Sequence record: SRR22947727_398
DNA: 64,000 nt
Strand: one strand, 5' to 3'
How positions within the stretch are numbered: position 1 is the first letter of the stretch; the number at the start of each line of letters is the position of its first letter. A program made the position numbers and the translations under genes. Below are positions 21,223-32,609 of this stretch, piece by piece. The notes below the pieces were generated by a model. It saw only the letters and a program-made list of their open reading frames with translations. It did not search any database and was not told the DNA's origin.

Positions 21223-21573
21223 TTATTTATCCAATTTTTTTCCAATTAAACCGATAATAACTCCCAAGAGAAGTATAAAAACAAACCCAATAGCTGTATT
21301 TTCCAACATTCCACTTGAACTGCGTAAATTAGCTAAAAACCAGCCTAATATATAAACTGTAAATGTTATTAATAGTTGTCCAAAAAATAAGAAAACCCCA
21401 TCAGTGAAGCGGTTATAATCTGAACTTACAGGTGCCATCCTTAGAAAGTCTTTCCTTTTAGGGGCAATAAAAAAAGTAGATAAAAATGCTGTAATTATCA
21501 AAAATCCAATATGAATTCCGTAATAGCCCATCACAGTAGATGCAGTTAAAAATAAGTAACCTATATATTTCAT
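21223..21573 (-). CDS. Hypothetical membrane protein
   Basis: 116-aa hydrophobic ORF filling the gap; start overlaps the trmJ stop (ATGA). Confidence 0.6.
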   Translation of the reverse strand: MKYIGYLFLTASTVMGYYGIHIGFLIITAFLSTFFIAPKRKDFLRMAPVSSDYNRFTDGVFLFFGQLLITFTVYILGWFLANLRSSSGMLENTAIGFVFILLLGVIIGLIGKKLDK

Positions 21574-22364
21574 CTTTTACTGTTTCCCCTTCCCTTGGAC
21601 AATGCTTTTATAATTCCACGCATTGTTTGTACTTCCTGTTTTGTTAAGCGTGCCCTTGTATAAGGGGAACGAATATTTTGCACCATTAAATTCTTTTTTT
21701 CCGGCGGATGAAAAAATCCAGCATCTGTAAGTTCTCCCTCTAAATGCTCAAACATACGTATCAAATCAATTCTTTCAGCAGATTCACTTATATTTTTTTG
21801 GAATATTTCAGGTGGTACACCACCATTTTTAGAGCTCGCCCAAATATATGCGAATATATTTACTGCTTGAGCAAGATTTAAAGATTGAAAAGCTGGATTT
21901 ACTGGATATGTCAAAATTGCGTCTGATAATGCTACATCGTTATTTGTTAATCCAGCCTTCTCAGGCCCAAACATTATACCTGTTGGAACTCCCTGATTAG
22001 AATAATATCTAAGAGTTTGCCCAACAACATGAGTTCCTACGACCGGGATTTCCATTTCCCTTCGTCGAGCTGTAGCAGCTAACACAAACTTAAGGTCATA
22101 TATTGCCTCATCAAGTGTTTCAAAAACTTGAGCATTATCCAGAACAGTCTTTGCTCCAGCTGCCATAGGGATAGCCGAAGGGTTAGGCCAACCATCTCTA
22201 GGGGCAACTAAACGTAACTTATAGAGGCCAAAATTTAGCATACAACGGCATACTGCCCCTATATTTTCTCCAAGTTGAGGTTTTACTAAAATTATAACAG
22301 GTAGATTGCTGGTAAAATCAAAATTAATTTTATTTCCGAGCTGATCTTTATTAGTTTTTCCCAT
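21570..22364 (-). CDS. trmJ: TrmJ/LasT-family SPOUT RNA methyltransferase
   Basis: PQLGENIGAVCRCMLNFGL, MFGPEKAGLTN, SLNLAQAV, EVQTMRGIIKAL. Confidence 0.85.
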   Translation of the reverse strand: MGKTNKDQLGNKINFDFTSNLPVIILVKPQLGENIGAVCRCMLNFGLYKLRLVAPRDGWPNPSAIPMAAGAKTVLDNAQVFETLDEAIYDLKFVLAATARRREMEIPVVGTHVVGQTLRYYSNQGVPTGIMFGPEKAGLTNNDVALSDAILTYPVNPAFQSLNLAQAVNIFAYIWASSKNGGVPPEIFQKNISESAERIDLIRMFEHLEGELTDAGFFHPPEKKNLMVQNIRSPYTRARLTKQEVQTMRGIIKALSKGRGNSKR

Positions 22365-22441
22365 CTTCTCTCTTTTAATATTATTGCACCTCTGTTACAC
22401 CGCGGCAAATCAAATAAACAACTCCGCTTACAGAGGACATT

Positions 22442-23653
22442 ATGAGTAAAATCAAGGTAAATAATCCAGTAGTCAATATGAATGGTGATGAAATGACGCG
22501 TATCATATGGGATTTAATAATAGAAAGACTCATAAACCCATACATAGACATCGAACTTCTTGACTATGATTTATCCATACAAAGCCGTGATGCCACTAAT
22601 GACCAAATTACAGTAGATGCCGCAAATGCTATCAAAAAATGCAATGTGGGAATAAAATGCGCAACTATTACACCCGATGAGCAGCGTGTTGAGGAATTTG
22701 ATTTAAAAGAAATGTGGAGATCACCTAACGGCACCATACGTAATATTTTAGGTGGAGTTGTTTTCCGTGAACCCATAATCTGTTCAAATGTACCAAGATT
22801 AGTACCGGGGTGGACACAACCAATAGTAATAGGTCGTCATGCTTATGGCGATCAATATAAGGCAACAGACTTTTTAATTCCTGGAAAAGGAAAATTAAAA
22901 ATGACATGGGAAGGTGAAGATGGCCAAAAAATTGAAAAAGAAGTATTTGATTTTCCGGGTTCAGGAGTTGCAATGGGAATGTACAATCTAGATGAATCTA
23001 TCAAAGACTTTGCTAGGGCATGTTTTAATTACGGGATTCAGAGAAGGTGGCCCGTTTACCTATCTACTAAAAATACAATATTAAAAAAATATGACGGTCG
23101 TTTCAAAGATATATTCCAAGAAATTTATGAAACCGAGTTTGAGAGTAAATTCAATGACTTTGGTGGTGAGTATCAGCACAGACTAATAGATGACATGGTT
23201 GCAGCGGCAATGAAGTGGTCTGGTGGCTACATCTGGGCATGCAAAAACTACGATGGAGACGTGCAATCTGATACTGTCGCACAAGGGTTTGGCTCTTTAG
23301 GGTTAATGACTTCATTTTTACTAACTCCCGATGGAAAGACCATGGAAGCTGAAGCAGCACACGGTACAGTTACAAGACACTACAGAAACCATCAAAAAGG
23401 TGAAGCCACTTCTACTAACTCAACCGCTTCTATTTTTGCTTGGACAAGAGGGTTAGCTCATAGAGGAAAAATTGATGCTAATGAAGACCTTATGAACTTC
23501 GCTAAAAATCTAGAAAAAACTGTAATTGAAACAGTAGAATTAGGGCAGATGACAAAAGATCTTGCTTTATTAGTAGGCGATCAACAAGGTTGGCTATCTA
23601 CAACAGGGTATTTAGAGGCCATTGCCGAGAATTTTGAAAGAAAAATGGCTTAA
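22442..23653 (+). CDS. icd: NADP-dependent isocitrate dehydrogenase
   Basis: [48 protein letters not shown]. Confidence 0.97.
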   Translation: MSKIKVNNPVVNMNGDEMTRIIWDLIIERLINPYIDIELLDYDLSIQSRDATNDQITVDAANAIKKCNVGIKCATITPDEQRVEEFDLKEMWRSPNGTIRNILGGVVFREPIICSNVPRLVPGWTQPIVIGRHAYGDQYKATDFLIPGKGKLKMTWEGEDGQKIEKEVFDFPGSGVAMGMYNLDESIKDFARACFNYGIQRRWPVYLSTKNTILKKYDGRFKDIFQEIYETEFESKFNDFGGEYQHRLIDDMVAAAMKWSGGYIWACKNYDGDVQSDTVAQGFGSLGLMTSFLLTPDGKTMEAEAAHGTVTRHYRNHQKGEATSTNSTASIFAWTRGLAHRGKIDANEDLMNFAKNLEKTVIETVELGQMTKDLALLVGDQQGWLSTTGYLEAIAENFERKMA

Positions 23654-23682
23654 AATAAAAGGCTTAGAAACTAGTAAAGCCT

Positions 23683-26319
23683 CTATATTATTGCATTCCT
23701 TATAGCATTCAAAGCCTCCTTCGCTTTGGATGCTTGACTGCCTCCAGCTTGAGCCATATTTGGTTTACCTCCACCGCGTCCTCCAATAATTTTTGCTCCA
23801 GCATTGACGAGATCAACTGCATTATAAGTTCCTAAAAGGTCATTGGTTACTGCAACTATTAATGCAATTTTTTCATTATCAGTACCAATAAAACAAACGA
23901 GACCTGAATCAATAGATGCCATCTTGTCATTTACTAATGAGCGAAGATCTTTTCCTGATACCCCATATAGAATAGCACTTAAAAAACTTACTCCATTAAA
24001 ATCTTCAGTAGTAACAGCTTCTTTACCACTCCCTGCCAGAGCAAGATCTTTTTTAACTTTATTAAGCTCTTTTTCAAATAAATTACGTTCATTTATTAAC
24101 GAAATTACACGGTTTTCAATCAACTCAGGTCTAGATTTAAGCTTCTTCGCTACAGCAGCAGCATAACTGGCCTGATTTTCAAGATATGTTCTTGCAGCGT
24201 TACCAGTTACAGCCTCTATACGTCGGATACCTGCCGCTACAGCACTTTCTGAAAGAATCTTAAATAAAGCTATATCACCAGTAAACTCAACGTGTGTTCC
24301 ACCGCAAAGTTCAACAGAATACTTACCCGTGCCTTCCAAACTATTATTTCCGATAGAGAGCACACGAACACTATCGCCATATTTTTCTCCAAAAAGAGCC
24401 ATAGCACCCTTAGCTATTGCTTCATCTGGATTCATAGTTTCTATAGTTGAAGCAGAGTTTTGAAGAATAATTGCATTCACTTCGTTTTCTACAGCAATCA
24501 GTTCTTCTTCAGAGATTGCTTTACCATGCGAAATATCAAACCTGATTTTATTACCATCGACCATTTGGCCTTTTTGAGTTACGTGCTCACCCAGAGTACG
24601 CCTTAGAGCTTCATGCATAAGGTGAGTAGCAGAATGGTTTATTGCGGTTTGTTTTCTATTAAGGGTGTCTACGCAGAGATTAATTTTATCACCGCATTTC
24701 ATTGAACCATCTAAATAACCTATTATTACATGTAAATCATTAGCCTTTTTTATGACATTAGACACCTTAACATTACCGTCTTTAAGTATAGACAAACCAA
24801 TATCACCTGCCTGACCACCACTTTCGGCATAAAAAGGACTTTTTTTAGTAATGAACATTACATCACAATCTCTTGCAGAATCCACAACAGTATCGTTAAC
24901 TAATATACAATCAACAACTGACTCAATTTCTAGAGTTTCATATCCCACAAACTCAGTTGGCCCGCATTTATCCTTAATCTCAAACCAAATACTATCCATG
25001 TCAGAGTCTCCAGACTTAAATCCTGCTACTTTGGAATTCTCTTTTTGCTGCAACATAGCTTTTTCAAATCCTTTTAAATCAACTGAAATACCTTTTGCAC
25101 GCAATGCGTCTTCTGTTAAATCTACTGGAAAGCCATAAGTATCGTATAGTTTAAAGGCTGTTTCACCGTTGAGTATATCGCCGCTTGATAGTCCTTCTAT
25201 GGCATTATTTAAAAGTGAGGTTCCACGCCCCAAAGTCTTTAAAAACCTTTCTTCCTCCTGCAAAAATGTAGATTCTATATTTAACTTAGCCCTATTTAAT
25301 TCATTAAATGTGTCACCCATTTCATTTATTAGCATAGGTACTAAACGGTGCATCAATGGTTCCTTTGACCCTAAAATATGTGCATGTCTCATTGCTCGTC
25401 GCATAATTCTTCTGAGAACATAACCACGGCCCTCATTAGAAGGGCTAATACCATCAGCCATTAAAAAAGAAGAGCTCCTAAGGTGATCAGCAATAACTCT
25501 GTGAGAAAATTTTGCCTCGCCCTCAGCCTTTACACCAGTAAACTCAACTGAGGCCTGTATTAAGTTACTAAATAAATCAATATCATAGTTATCATGCTTT
25601 CCTTGAAGTATAGCTGCAGTTCGCTCTAATCCCATACCAGTATCTATAGAAGGCTTTGGCAACATCTCCTGTTTTCCATCTTTATATCTTTGGAATTGCA
25701 TAAATACTAAGTTCCAAATTTCTATAAATCTATCTCCATCTTCATTGGGTGAACCAGGAAGGCCTCCTTTAATATGTGACCCATGATCGTAGAATATTTC
25801 TGAACAAGGGCCGCAGGGTCCAGTATCACCCATTGCCCAAAAGTTATCTGATGACTTAATTCTTATAATTTTTTCATCTGATAGACCCGCAATTTTTTTC
25901 CAAAGATTAAATGCTTCATCATCTGTATGATATACAGTAACTAAAAGTTTGCTTTTATCCAAACCTAAAGTATTAGTAACAAGTTCCCACGAAAGCTTTA
26001 TTGCTTCATCTTTAAAATAATCTCCAAAACTAAAATTACCTAACATTTCGAAGAAGGTATGATGCCTAGCAGTATATCCAACATTATTTAGATCATTATG
26101 TTTTCCTCCTGCCCTAACGCACTTTTGAGTGGTTACAGCTCGTTTATGATTAGGCACCTGCTTTCTGGTAAAATAATCTTTAAACTGAACCATTCCAGCA
26201 TTAGTAAACAATAGTGTAGGATCATTGTTAGGTACAAGAGAGCTAGATTTAATAATCTTATGTCCATGTCCTTGGAAAAATTCCAAATAACATTTTCGGA
26301 TTTCTCTTAAACTAACCAT
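23683..26319 (-). CDS. alaS: Alanine--tRNA ligase
   Basis: DPTLLFTNAGMVQFK, RHHTFFEMLGNFSFG, DTGMGLER, HSATHL, ELCGGTH, GGRGGGKPNMAQAGG. Confidence 0.98.
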   Translation of the reverse strand: MVSLREIRKCYLEFFQGHGHKIIKSSSLVPNNDPTLLFTNAGMVQFKDYFTRKQVPNHKRAVTTQKCVRAGGKHNDLNNVGYTARHHTFFEMLGNFSFGDYFKDEAIKLSWELVTNTLGLDKSKLLVTVYHTDDEAFNLWKKIAGLSDEKIIRIKSSDNFWAMGDTGPCGPCSEIFYDHGSHIKGGLPGSPNEDGDRFIEIWNLVFMQFQRYKDGKQEMLPKPSIDTGMGLERTAAILQGKHDNYDIDLFSNLIQASVEFTGVKAEGEAKFSHRVIADHLRSSSFLMADGISPSNEGRGYVLRRIMRRAMRHAHILGSKEPLMHRLVPMLINEMGDTFNELNRAKLNIESTFLQEEERFLKTLGRGTSLLNNAIEGLSSGDILNGETAFKLYDTYGFPVDLTEDALRAKGISVDLKGFEKAMLQQKENSKVAGFKSGDSDMDSIWFEIKDKCGPTEFVGYETLEIESVVDCILVNDTVVDSARDCDVMFITKKSPFYAESGGQAGDIGLSILKDGNVKVSNVIKKANDLHVIIGYLDGSMKCGDKINLCVDTLNRKQTAINHSATHLMHEALRRTLGEHVTQKGQMVDGNKIRFDISHGKAISEEELIAVENEVNAIILQNSASTIETMNPDEAIAKGAMALFGEKYGDSVRVLSIGNNSLEGTGKYSVELCGGTHVEFTGDIALFKILSESAVAAGIRRIEAVTGNAARTYLENQASYAAAVAKKLKSRPELIENRVISLINERNLFEKELNKVKKDLALAGSGKEAVTTEDFNGVSFLSAILYGVSGKDLRSLVNDKMASIDSGLVCFIGTDNEKIALIVAVTNDLLGTYNAVDLVNAGAKIIGGRGGGKPNMAQAGGSQASKAKEALNAIRNAII

Positions 26320-26350
26320 TAATTAATACCTAACTATAAATAATATATAT

Positions 26351-26377
26351 AAAAAGCGCCTGACTAAGCCAGGCGCT
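26351..26377 (-). terminator. Intrinsic terminator of recA
   Basis: Minus strand AGCGCCTGGC-TTA-GTCAGGCGCT followed by a T run, about 60 nt after the recA stop. Confidence 0.8.
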
Positions 26378-26439
26378 GTTTATTAAGATATCAGTATAAC
26401 GATGTATACAATATTTTCACTTTATTTTTATATATAATA

Positions 26440-27552
26440 TTATAAACCTAACGTAGAAATATTTTCTATAGAGTCATCGTCTAAACCTTGTTCATCTTTA
26501 GGCATCAAAAGTTCATCTTCCAATAAACCCTCATTCACTCTAATTTTATGCTCTAATTCAGTCGCAATATCGGGATTATCTTTTAGGAATACCCTAACGT
26601 TTTCTCTACCCTGGCCAATACGCTCATTCCCGTAAGAATACCAAGAACCTGATTTTTCTATGACCTCAGCCTTTACTCCTAAATCAATAAGTTCACCCGT
26701 TTTTGAAATTCCTTCGCCGTACATAATATCAAACTCAACTTGCCTAAATGGTGGAGCAACTTTATTTTTAACTACTTTCACTCGCGTTTGATTTCCAACT
26801 ATTTCATCTCTATGCTTTAAAGCGCCAATTCGTCTTATATCCAGTCGAACAGAACTATAAAACTTAAGAGCATTTCCTCCAGTAGTAGTTTCAGGTGAGC
26901 CATACATGACTCCAATCTTCATTCTGATTTGATTGATAAAAATAACCATGCATCCGGATTTTGATATTGATCCAGTTAGTTTTCGAAGTGCCTGGCTCAT
27001 TAATCGAGCTTGCAATCCAGGCAGACTATCTCCCATATCTCCTTCAAGTTCTGCACGGGGGGTTAATGCTGCTACAGAATCTATTACTAAAATATCTACA
27101 GCACCTGATCTCACTAACGTGTCAGCAATCTCTAGACCTTGCTCACCCGTGTCAGGCTGAGCTATCAATAATTCATTTACATCAACCCCTAACTTTCCAG
27201 CATAAACTGGATCTAATGCATGCTCGGCATCTATAAAAGCAGCCACACCGCCCTGTTTTTGCATTTCAGCCACTACATGAAGTGATAAAGTTGTTTTACC
27301 AGAACTTTCAGGTCCATAAATCTCAATTATTCTACCTTTAGGTAATCCTCCTATACCTAAAGCAATATCTAATCCAATGGATCCTGTTGAAACAGCTTCA
27401 ATATCCATCGCACTTTTTTGACCTAATTTCATGACTGCGCCCTTACCAAATGCGCGATCAATTTGGCTCATTGCCGCTTCTAGAGCTGCAGACTTATTTT
27501 TATCTTCGGCTTTACCCACTATAGTTAGCGGTGTTGTTGATTTTCTGGCCAT
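26440..27552 (-). CDS. recA: Recombinase RecA
   Basis: [44 protein letters not shown]; likely start ATG 27552 with GGAG SD. Confidence 0.99.
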   Translation of the reverse strand: MARKSTTPLTIVGKAEDKNKSAALEAAMSQIDRAFGKGAVMKLGQKSAMDIEAVSTGSIGLDIALGIGGLPKGRIIEIYGPESSGKTTLSLHVVAEMQKQGGVAAFIDAEHALDPVYAGKLGVDVNELLIAQPDTGEQGLEIADTLVRSGAVDILVIDSVAALTPRAELEGDMGDSLPGLQARLMSQALRKLTGSISKSGCMVIFINQIRMKIGVMYGSPETTTGGNALKFYSSVRLDIRRIGALKHRDEIVGNQTRVKVVKNKVAPPFRQVEFDIMYGEGISKTGELIDLGVKAEVIEKSGSWYSYGNERIGQGRENVRVFLKDNPDIATELEHKIRVNEGLLEDELLMPKDEQGLDDDSIENISTLGL

Positions 27553-27635
27553 AATATAACTCCAGTAAAAATGACCGGAGTCCATCGGTCATTATATTGA
27601 AATTTCGGCTGATATTGGACTGCCGTATATCGTTT

Positions 27636-27650
27636 GTTCCATATATGTTC
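27636..27650. promoter_or_regulatory. Alphaproteobacterial LexA (SOS) box 1
   Basis: GTTC-CATATAT-GTTC matches GTTC-N7-GTTC, upstream of recA. Confidence 0.88.
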
Positions 27651-27668
27651 TTATTTATCAAGGAAAAA

Positions 27669-27683
27669 GAACATATAGAGAAC
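27669..27683. promoter_or_regulatory. Alphaproteobacterial LexA (SOS) box 2, opposite orientation
   Basis: GAAC-ATATAGA-GAAC matches GAAC-N7-GAAC, upstream of recA. Confidence 0.85.
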
Positions 27684-27696
27684 AAAAAATTATAAG

Positions 27697-30204
27697 TCAT
27701 TGATTTATATCACTTTCGCCAATCTCATCTTTAACCTTTTCTGCTAATTGAGCGAGCGTAAACGGTTTAGGAAGAAAAGTAACATCGGTTTCATCAGATA
27801 AAAACTCAGAAAACTCCTCTTCAGCATATCCAGAAACAAAAACGATTCTCGCATCACCAAGCATAGTGCGACCTTCTTTTAGAAGAGTTGGTCCGTCCAT
27901 TGATGGCATTACAACATCGGAAATCATCAAATCAAATGGCTCCTTAGCATTCTTCAAAATTTCTAAAGCCTCCTCACCATCATCCGCTTCTATTACTTTA
28001 TAACCTTTTCTTCTCAATGATTTTGAAGCAATATCGCGCACAGAAATTTCGTCTTCTACGAAAAGAATGTTTCCTTGCCCTGTAAGATCAGCAGGTCGTT
28101 TGTTAGCTGAAGATAATTTAGTTAAATCAATATTTCTCTCTTGCTCAGATGAAGGCAAATATATTCTAAATGTTGTTCCTTTACCAGGAGAACTATCTAC
28201 TGTTAAATGTCCTCCTGACTGTTTTATAATTCCATATACAGTGGCTAGGCCTAAACCTGTACCCTTGCCAATTTCTTTAGTAGTAAAAAAAGGTTCAAAT
28301 ATTTTTGACTTTACATTTTCAGTCATCCCCTCTCCCGTATCGGACACCTCAATGATAACAAAATCATTACTATTTATAGACTTCAGAGCTAGCTGAACAC
28401 TTGGATTTTCGATAACGTCTCGTTTCAAAAAGTAACTTGATATTGAAATTGTTCCACCATTGTTTTTTTCCATAGCATCACGTGCATTAACGCATAAATT
28501 CATCAAAACTGTGTCTATTTGAGATCTATCTGCTTTGACCAAAGGTAAGTCTCGACCATGAACTATTTTCAACGTAACACGTTCCCCTAAAGTCTGCTTC
28601 AAAGTAACTACCATTTCAGTTAATATGTCTGTTACTGAAATTGACTCAGTTCGACGGGTTTGTTTTCTTGAAAAAGCCAATAATTTTTTAACGAGGGCAG
28701 CTGCACGTATTCCTGTAGTGTTAATATTTTGTAACTCTGGATATGATGGGTCACCTATAGGATGGCGCTGTAATAATTCATCGGTATTAAGGCGAATTGA
28801 GGTCAATAAGTTATTAAAATCATGAGCAACTCCAGCTGCTAATTGTCCTATGGCTTGCATCTTTTGTGATTGAACTAACTGGTCTTCCAATAATTTTCGG
28901 GCACTAGTATCTACCATGTAAACTCGAAAAGAGTTTTTAATCTCTGACTCAGAAACTATATAAACAGAAACGTTCAGATTAGAAGGACTAGCTAAAACAG
29001 CGTCAAATGGTTTATCCGTTTCACATTCATATGCTACTAAATCTAGAAAACCACTGTCTGTTTTTTCTAAATCAAAGATTTTGCTAAACCTCTTTCCAAC
29101 ACCAGATACGCCCTCACTCATACGACTGAAGGCAAAATTTTCACTTTTTACAATAGCTTTACCTATCTGCGATCCTTCTAAATGAAGTATAGCAACAGGC
29201 GCTGCAGAAAAATCTTCAGCGCTATCAGAATTCATTAGACTTTCTTTGACAAGTTTTGAGTTATGTGACTTTTGAAAACCTATACTATAGTATCCATGAA
29301 TTGATACATTACAGATATTTTCACCACTTTTTGAAGAAGTCCATACACCAACCATTATACTTGGTTTTGACACCCCCTTACGAGTAATTAATCTTGAATG
29401 AGTTCGTATAATCTCCCCAACAGAACTTGAACCCCCTAGCAATTCCTTTGAATTATCAATAAATTCATCTATATGTTGTGGTTTGGATTTCTTGGGGTAA
29501 CCTAACCAACGTTTCAAAGTTGAATTTATTTCAATAATTTCACCTGTATTTCTTATAGAAAACAAACCAACAGGTGCATCTATAAGCTTATTTTTATTAT
29601 CTAATGTATCGAATGTTATATCAATAATTTGCCATAATTTTTGCGGATAAAGATTTATTACCTGTATCCTATAGCGTCTAAGCCTATCTGCAAAGTCAAA
29701 AGCATCTACCACTTCACTTGAAAATGGGATATCATTATCAAGATTATGTAACCTAAAAATTGCAGCAGAAGTCTCTTTACTACACGGGACAAATAACCTC
29801 TCAACAGAGGGTGGAATATCGCCGGAAGTCACTATCTGCAACTCACTTGCTAAATTCATGTAGGATTTATTAGCTACAAGCACTTTTCCACTTTCAGTAA
29901 ATATGGAACTAATAGGATTATTTATGAAGGCACCTGAAAAAACTCGGTCACGGTCTATATACTTTTCTTTTAGGCTTTTATTTTTTTTGAAATAAGCAAA
30001 AAAAATAAAAATACATAAAATAATAAGCAGAAAATTAATAACTACAATAAAATGACCAAAAAAACCAATTGTACTCATATCAAATAAATAGACATAGGTA
30101 AAAGCTAACGAAAAAATAGTAATAGAAGCAAAAACAACAGAAACAATATTTATGTAATTTATTTTATATTTTTGCATCAATTTTTTTCGAATCACAGAAA
30201 GCAT
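27697..30204 (-). CDS. cckA: Hybrid sensor histidine kinase CckA
   Basis: Two N-terminal TMs, PAS-like region, QSQKMQAIGQLAAGVAHDFNNLL H-box, NLCVNARDAM, GTGLGL, C-terminal receiver (SDVVMP, LPKPF); directly upstream of recA as is typical for cckA. Confidence 0.85.
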   Translation of the reverse strand: MLSVIRKKLMQKYKINYINIVSVVFASITIFSLAFTYVYLFDMSTIGFFGHFIVVINFLLIILCIFIFFAYFKKNKSLKEKYIDRDRVFSGAFINNPISSIFTESGKVLVANKSYMNLASELQIVTSGDIPPSVERLFVPCSKETSAAIFRLHNLDNDIPFSSEVVDAFDFADRLRRYRIQVINLYPQKLWQIIDITFDTLDNKNKLIDAPVGLFSIRNTGEIIEINSTLKRWLGYPKKSKPQHIDEFIDNSKELLGGSSSVGEIIRTHSRLITRKGVSKPSIMVGVWTSSKSGENICNVSIHGYYSIGFQKSHNSKLVKESLMNSDSAEDFSAAPVAILHLEGSQIGKAIVKSENFAFSRMSEGVSGVGKRFSKIFDLEKTDSGFLDLVAYECETDKPFDAVLASPSNLNVSVYIVSESEIKNSFRVYMVDTSARKLLEDQLVQSQKMQAIGQLAAGVAHDFNNLLTSIRLNTDELLQRHPIGDPSYPELQNINTTGIRAAALVKKLLAFSRKQTRRTESISVTDILTEMVVTLKQTLGERVTLKIVHGRDLPLVKADRSQIDTVLMNLCVNARDAMEKNNGGTISISSYFLKRDVIENPSVQLALKSINSNDFVIIEVSDTGEGMTENVKSKIFEPFFTTKEIGKGTGLGLATVYGIIKQSGGHLTVDSSPGKGTTFRIYLPSSEQERNIDLTKLSSANKRPADLTGQGNILFVEDEISVRDIASKSLRRKGYKVIEADDGEEALEILKNAKEPFDLMISDVVMPSMDGPTLLKEGRTMLGDARIVFVSGYAEEEFSEFLSDETDVTFLPKPFTLAQLAEKVKDEIGESDINQ

Positions 30205-30336
30205 ATAACAATACTAAGGCAAAGAAATTATTTTACTCATTTTATATTGATAAAAACCTATTTACTATTAGACTCATGTTTTAAACATCTGATAAATTAA
30301 TATTCAGATAAAGTATATTTTACTGAAGGTGACAAA

Positions 30337-32175
30337 ATGCGAAAATTTTTACTTATTGGCTTTTCCACAATAGCCCTGATGGCCTGTCAGGTTGATAAAA
30401 AAACTAATGAGATAAGTAGCAAGATTTCTTCACAAAACTCAATACCAAATGAAAAATTACAACTTAACGAATGGCTAAATGATAAGTTCTATGAGAGAGT
30501 AAGGCGTTATCCCCAATACTTAGCTGGACTAGGAATAAAAGAAAGAATGAGCGAATGGAATGACCCTAGTTATGAATTTGCACTCAAAGAAATTGAAATA
30601 ATATCTAATGAAATAAATGAGATAAAAGAAAATTTCGATTTCAATAAACTAATAGATGAAGAACAATTATCGTATAGGTTATTCTTAGAAAATAGTCAAA
30701 ATAGCCTAGATCAGATGGAGTGGTGGTATCATGATTACGCCTTAACACAGATGTATGGAGCCCATTCAGGCATACCCACTTTCCTGATTAATCAGCATCC
30801 AATAGATAATATGAATGATGCAAATGACTATATAAAACGCGTTGAGTTAAGCGGTAATTATTTAGAAAAAATAATGGAAAATACGAGAGAAAGTGCTCGT
30901 AGAGGTATTCTTCCTCCTAAGTTTGTTTATGAGCATGTAATTAGCACTTCCCAAAATATTATTAGCGGCTTTCCATTTGAAAAAAGCGATGAATTAAATC
31001 TTGTATATAGTGACTTTAACAAAAAAATTTCCAAACTGAGTTTGCCAGAGGAGATATCGGAAAAACTTAAGAAAAAATTACAAAATGCCTTACAGGGCTC
31101 ATTCAAACCCTCATATTTATTGCTGATTGATGAGATGCAAAGTCAAAAAAGTCAAACAACTAACGATGATGGCGTATGGAAATTACCCGCGGGTAATAGA
31201 TATTATGCTAACCGCCTCAAAACAATGACTACAACAGAATTAAGTGCAAAAGAAATTCATCAAATAGGTCTTGATGAAGTTAATAGAATTCATGAGGAGA
31301 TGCGTGCAATAATGTTAAAGGTTGGTTTTGAAGGTGAACTTCAAGACTTTTTCAAATATCTAAAAGACGAACCTCGCTTTACATACCCGGATACCGACTT
31401 AGGCAGAGAAAATTACTTAAAAGAAGCAACACGTATAATTGAAAAAATATCAGAAAGACTAGATGAAGTATTCATTAAACTTCCTAAAGCAGATTTAGAA
31501 GTAAGAAGAGTGGAAGCTTTTAGAGAAAAAACAGCTGGTAAAGCATTTTACTCCAGAGGTACGCCAGATGGATCACGTCCTGGGTATTATTATGCAAACC
31601 TTAATGATATTAATGATATGCCTAAATACCAAATGGAGGCCTTAGCCTATCATGAAGGCAACCCTGGCCACCATATGCAACTCTCAATATCCCAAGAACT
31701 CTCAGGAGTTCCAGAATTTAGAAAGCATAATAATGTAACAGCCTACACAGAAGGCTGGGGCTTATATTCAGAATACTTTCCTAAGGAAATGGGTTTCTAC
31801 GATGATCCATACTCAGACTTTGGTCGTCTGGCGATGGAACTGTGGAGAGCTGCCCGCTTAGTTGTGGATACAGGAATTCATGATAAAAAATGGACAAGAC
31901 AAGAAGCAATTGATTATCTTCTTGCTAACACACCTAACCCTAAAAACGATTGTGAGAAAGCAATAGAGCGATACATCGTCATGCCTGGTCAGGCTACAGC
32001 ATATAAAATAGGTATGATGAAGATTTTAGAGCTTCGGGAAAATGCAAAAGTTAGACTTAAAGAAAAATTTGATATCCGAATGTTTCATGATACAGTTATA
32101 AACTCAGGGCCAGTACCTCTAAATATACTAGAGGAGCGTGTGGATAATTGGATTAATAAAGAGCTAAAAAGTTAA
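30337..32175 (+). CDS. DUF885 family lipoprotein (putative metallopeptidase)
   Basis: Lipobox LMAC; AYHEGNPGHHMQ, EGWGLYSE, RAARLVVDTGIH, PGQATAYKIG. Confidence 0.88.
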   Translation: MRKFLLIGFSTIALMACQVDKKTNEISSKISSQNSIPNEKLQLNEWLNDKFYERVRRYPQYLAGLGIKERMSEWNDPSYEFALKEIEIISNEINEIKENFDFNKLIDEEQLSYRLFLENSQNSLDQMEWWYHDYALTQMYGAHSGIPTFLINQHPIDNMNDANDYIKRVELSGNYLEKIMENTRESARRGILPPKFVYEHVISTSQNIISGFPFEKSDELNLVYSDFNKKISKLSLPEEISEKLKKKLQNALQGSFKPSYLLLIDEMQSQKSQTTNDDGVWKLPAGNRYYANRLKTMTTTELSAKEIHQIGLDEVNRIHEEMRAIMLKVGFEGELQDFFKYLKDEPRFTYPDTDLGRENYLKEATRIIEKISERLDEVFIKLPKADLEVRRVEAFREKTAGKAFYSRGTPDGSRPGYYYANLNDINDMPKYQMEALAYHEGNPGHHMQLSISQELSGVPEFRKHNNVTAYTEGWGLYSEYFPKEMGFYDDPYSDFGRLAMELWRAARLVVDTGIHDKKWTRQEAIDYLLANTPNPKNDCEKAIERYIVMPGQATAYKIGMMKILELRENAKVRLKEKFDIRMFHDTVINSGPVPLNILEERVDNWINKELKS

Positions 32176-32609
32176 TTCGCTCTAACTTTTTCTCCACGCT
32201 CATGCATTTCTTGAGCTTCCAGACTTAGCTTTGCTGTAGGTCTTACATCAAGCCTTTTTAACCTAATTGGGTCACCTGTTTCCTGACAGTACCCATACGT
32301 ACCTTGCTCTATTCGATCTAAAGCTTTATCTATTTGATTTACAAGTTTACGCAATCTGTCGCGAGTTCTAAGCTCCAATTGTCTATCTGCATTAGCAGCA
32401 GCAGTATCAGCAGGGTCAGGGTAAGACACATTTTCTTGCTGAAGGAAAGCAACCGTTTCTTTTGTCTGCTGAGCTATTTCAGCCTTCCATGCAACTAATT
32501 TTCTACGAAAATATTCTTTTTGTTTATTGTTCATAAATTTTTCGTCATCTGACGGAATGTATCCTTTTGGTAACTTAACACTTTTTTTTACTTTTTTTGT
32601 TGATGCCAT
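32172..32609 (-). CDS. dksA: RNA polymerase-binding transcription factor DksA
   Basis: FMNNKQKEYFRRKL, DPADTA coiled-coil tip, ELRTRDR, GTYGYCQETG. Confidence 0.93.
   Translation of the reverse strand: MASTKKVKKSVKLPKGYIPSDDEKFMNNKQKEYFRRKLVAWKAEIAQQTKETVAFLQQENVSYPDPADTAAANADRQLELRTRDRLRKLVNQIDKALDRIEQGTYGYCQETGDPIRLKRLDVRPTAKLSLEAQEMHERGEKVRAN

Noticed and set aside
27512-27700. 62-aa ORF bridging cckA and recA
   Set aside because: It runs through the LexA boxes and the recA promoter/start; a regulatory role explains the sequence better.
30287-30309. Imperfect inverted repeat ATCTGA...TCAGAT between cckA and the DUF885 gene
   Set aside because: Short, AT-rich and imperfect; not distinguishable from chance.
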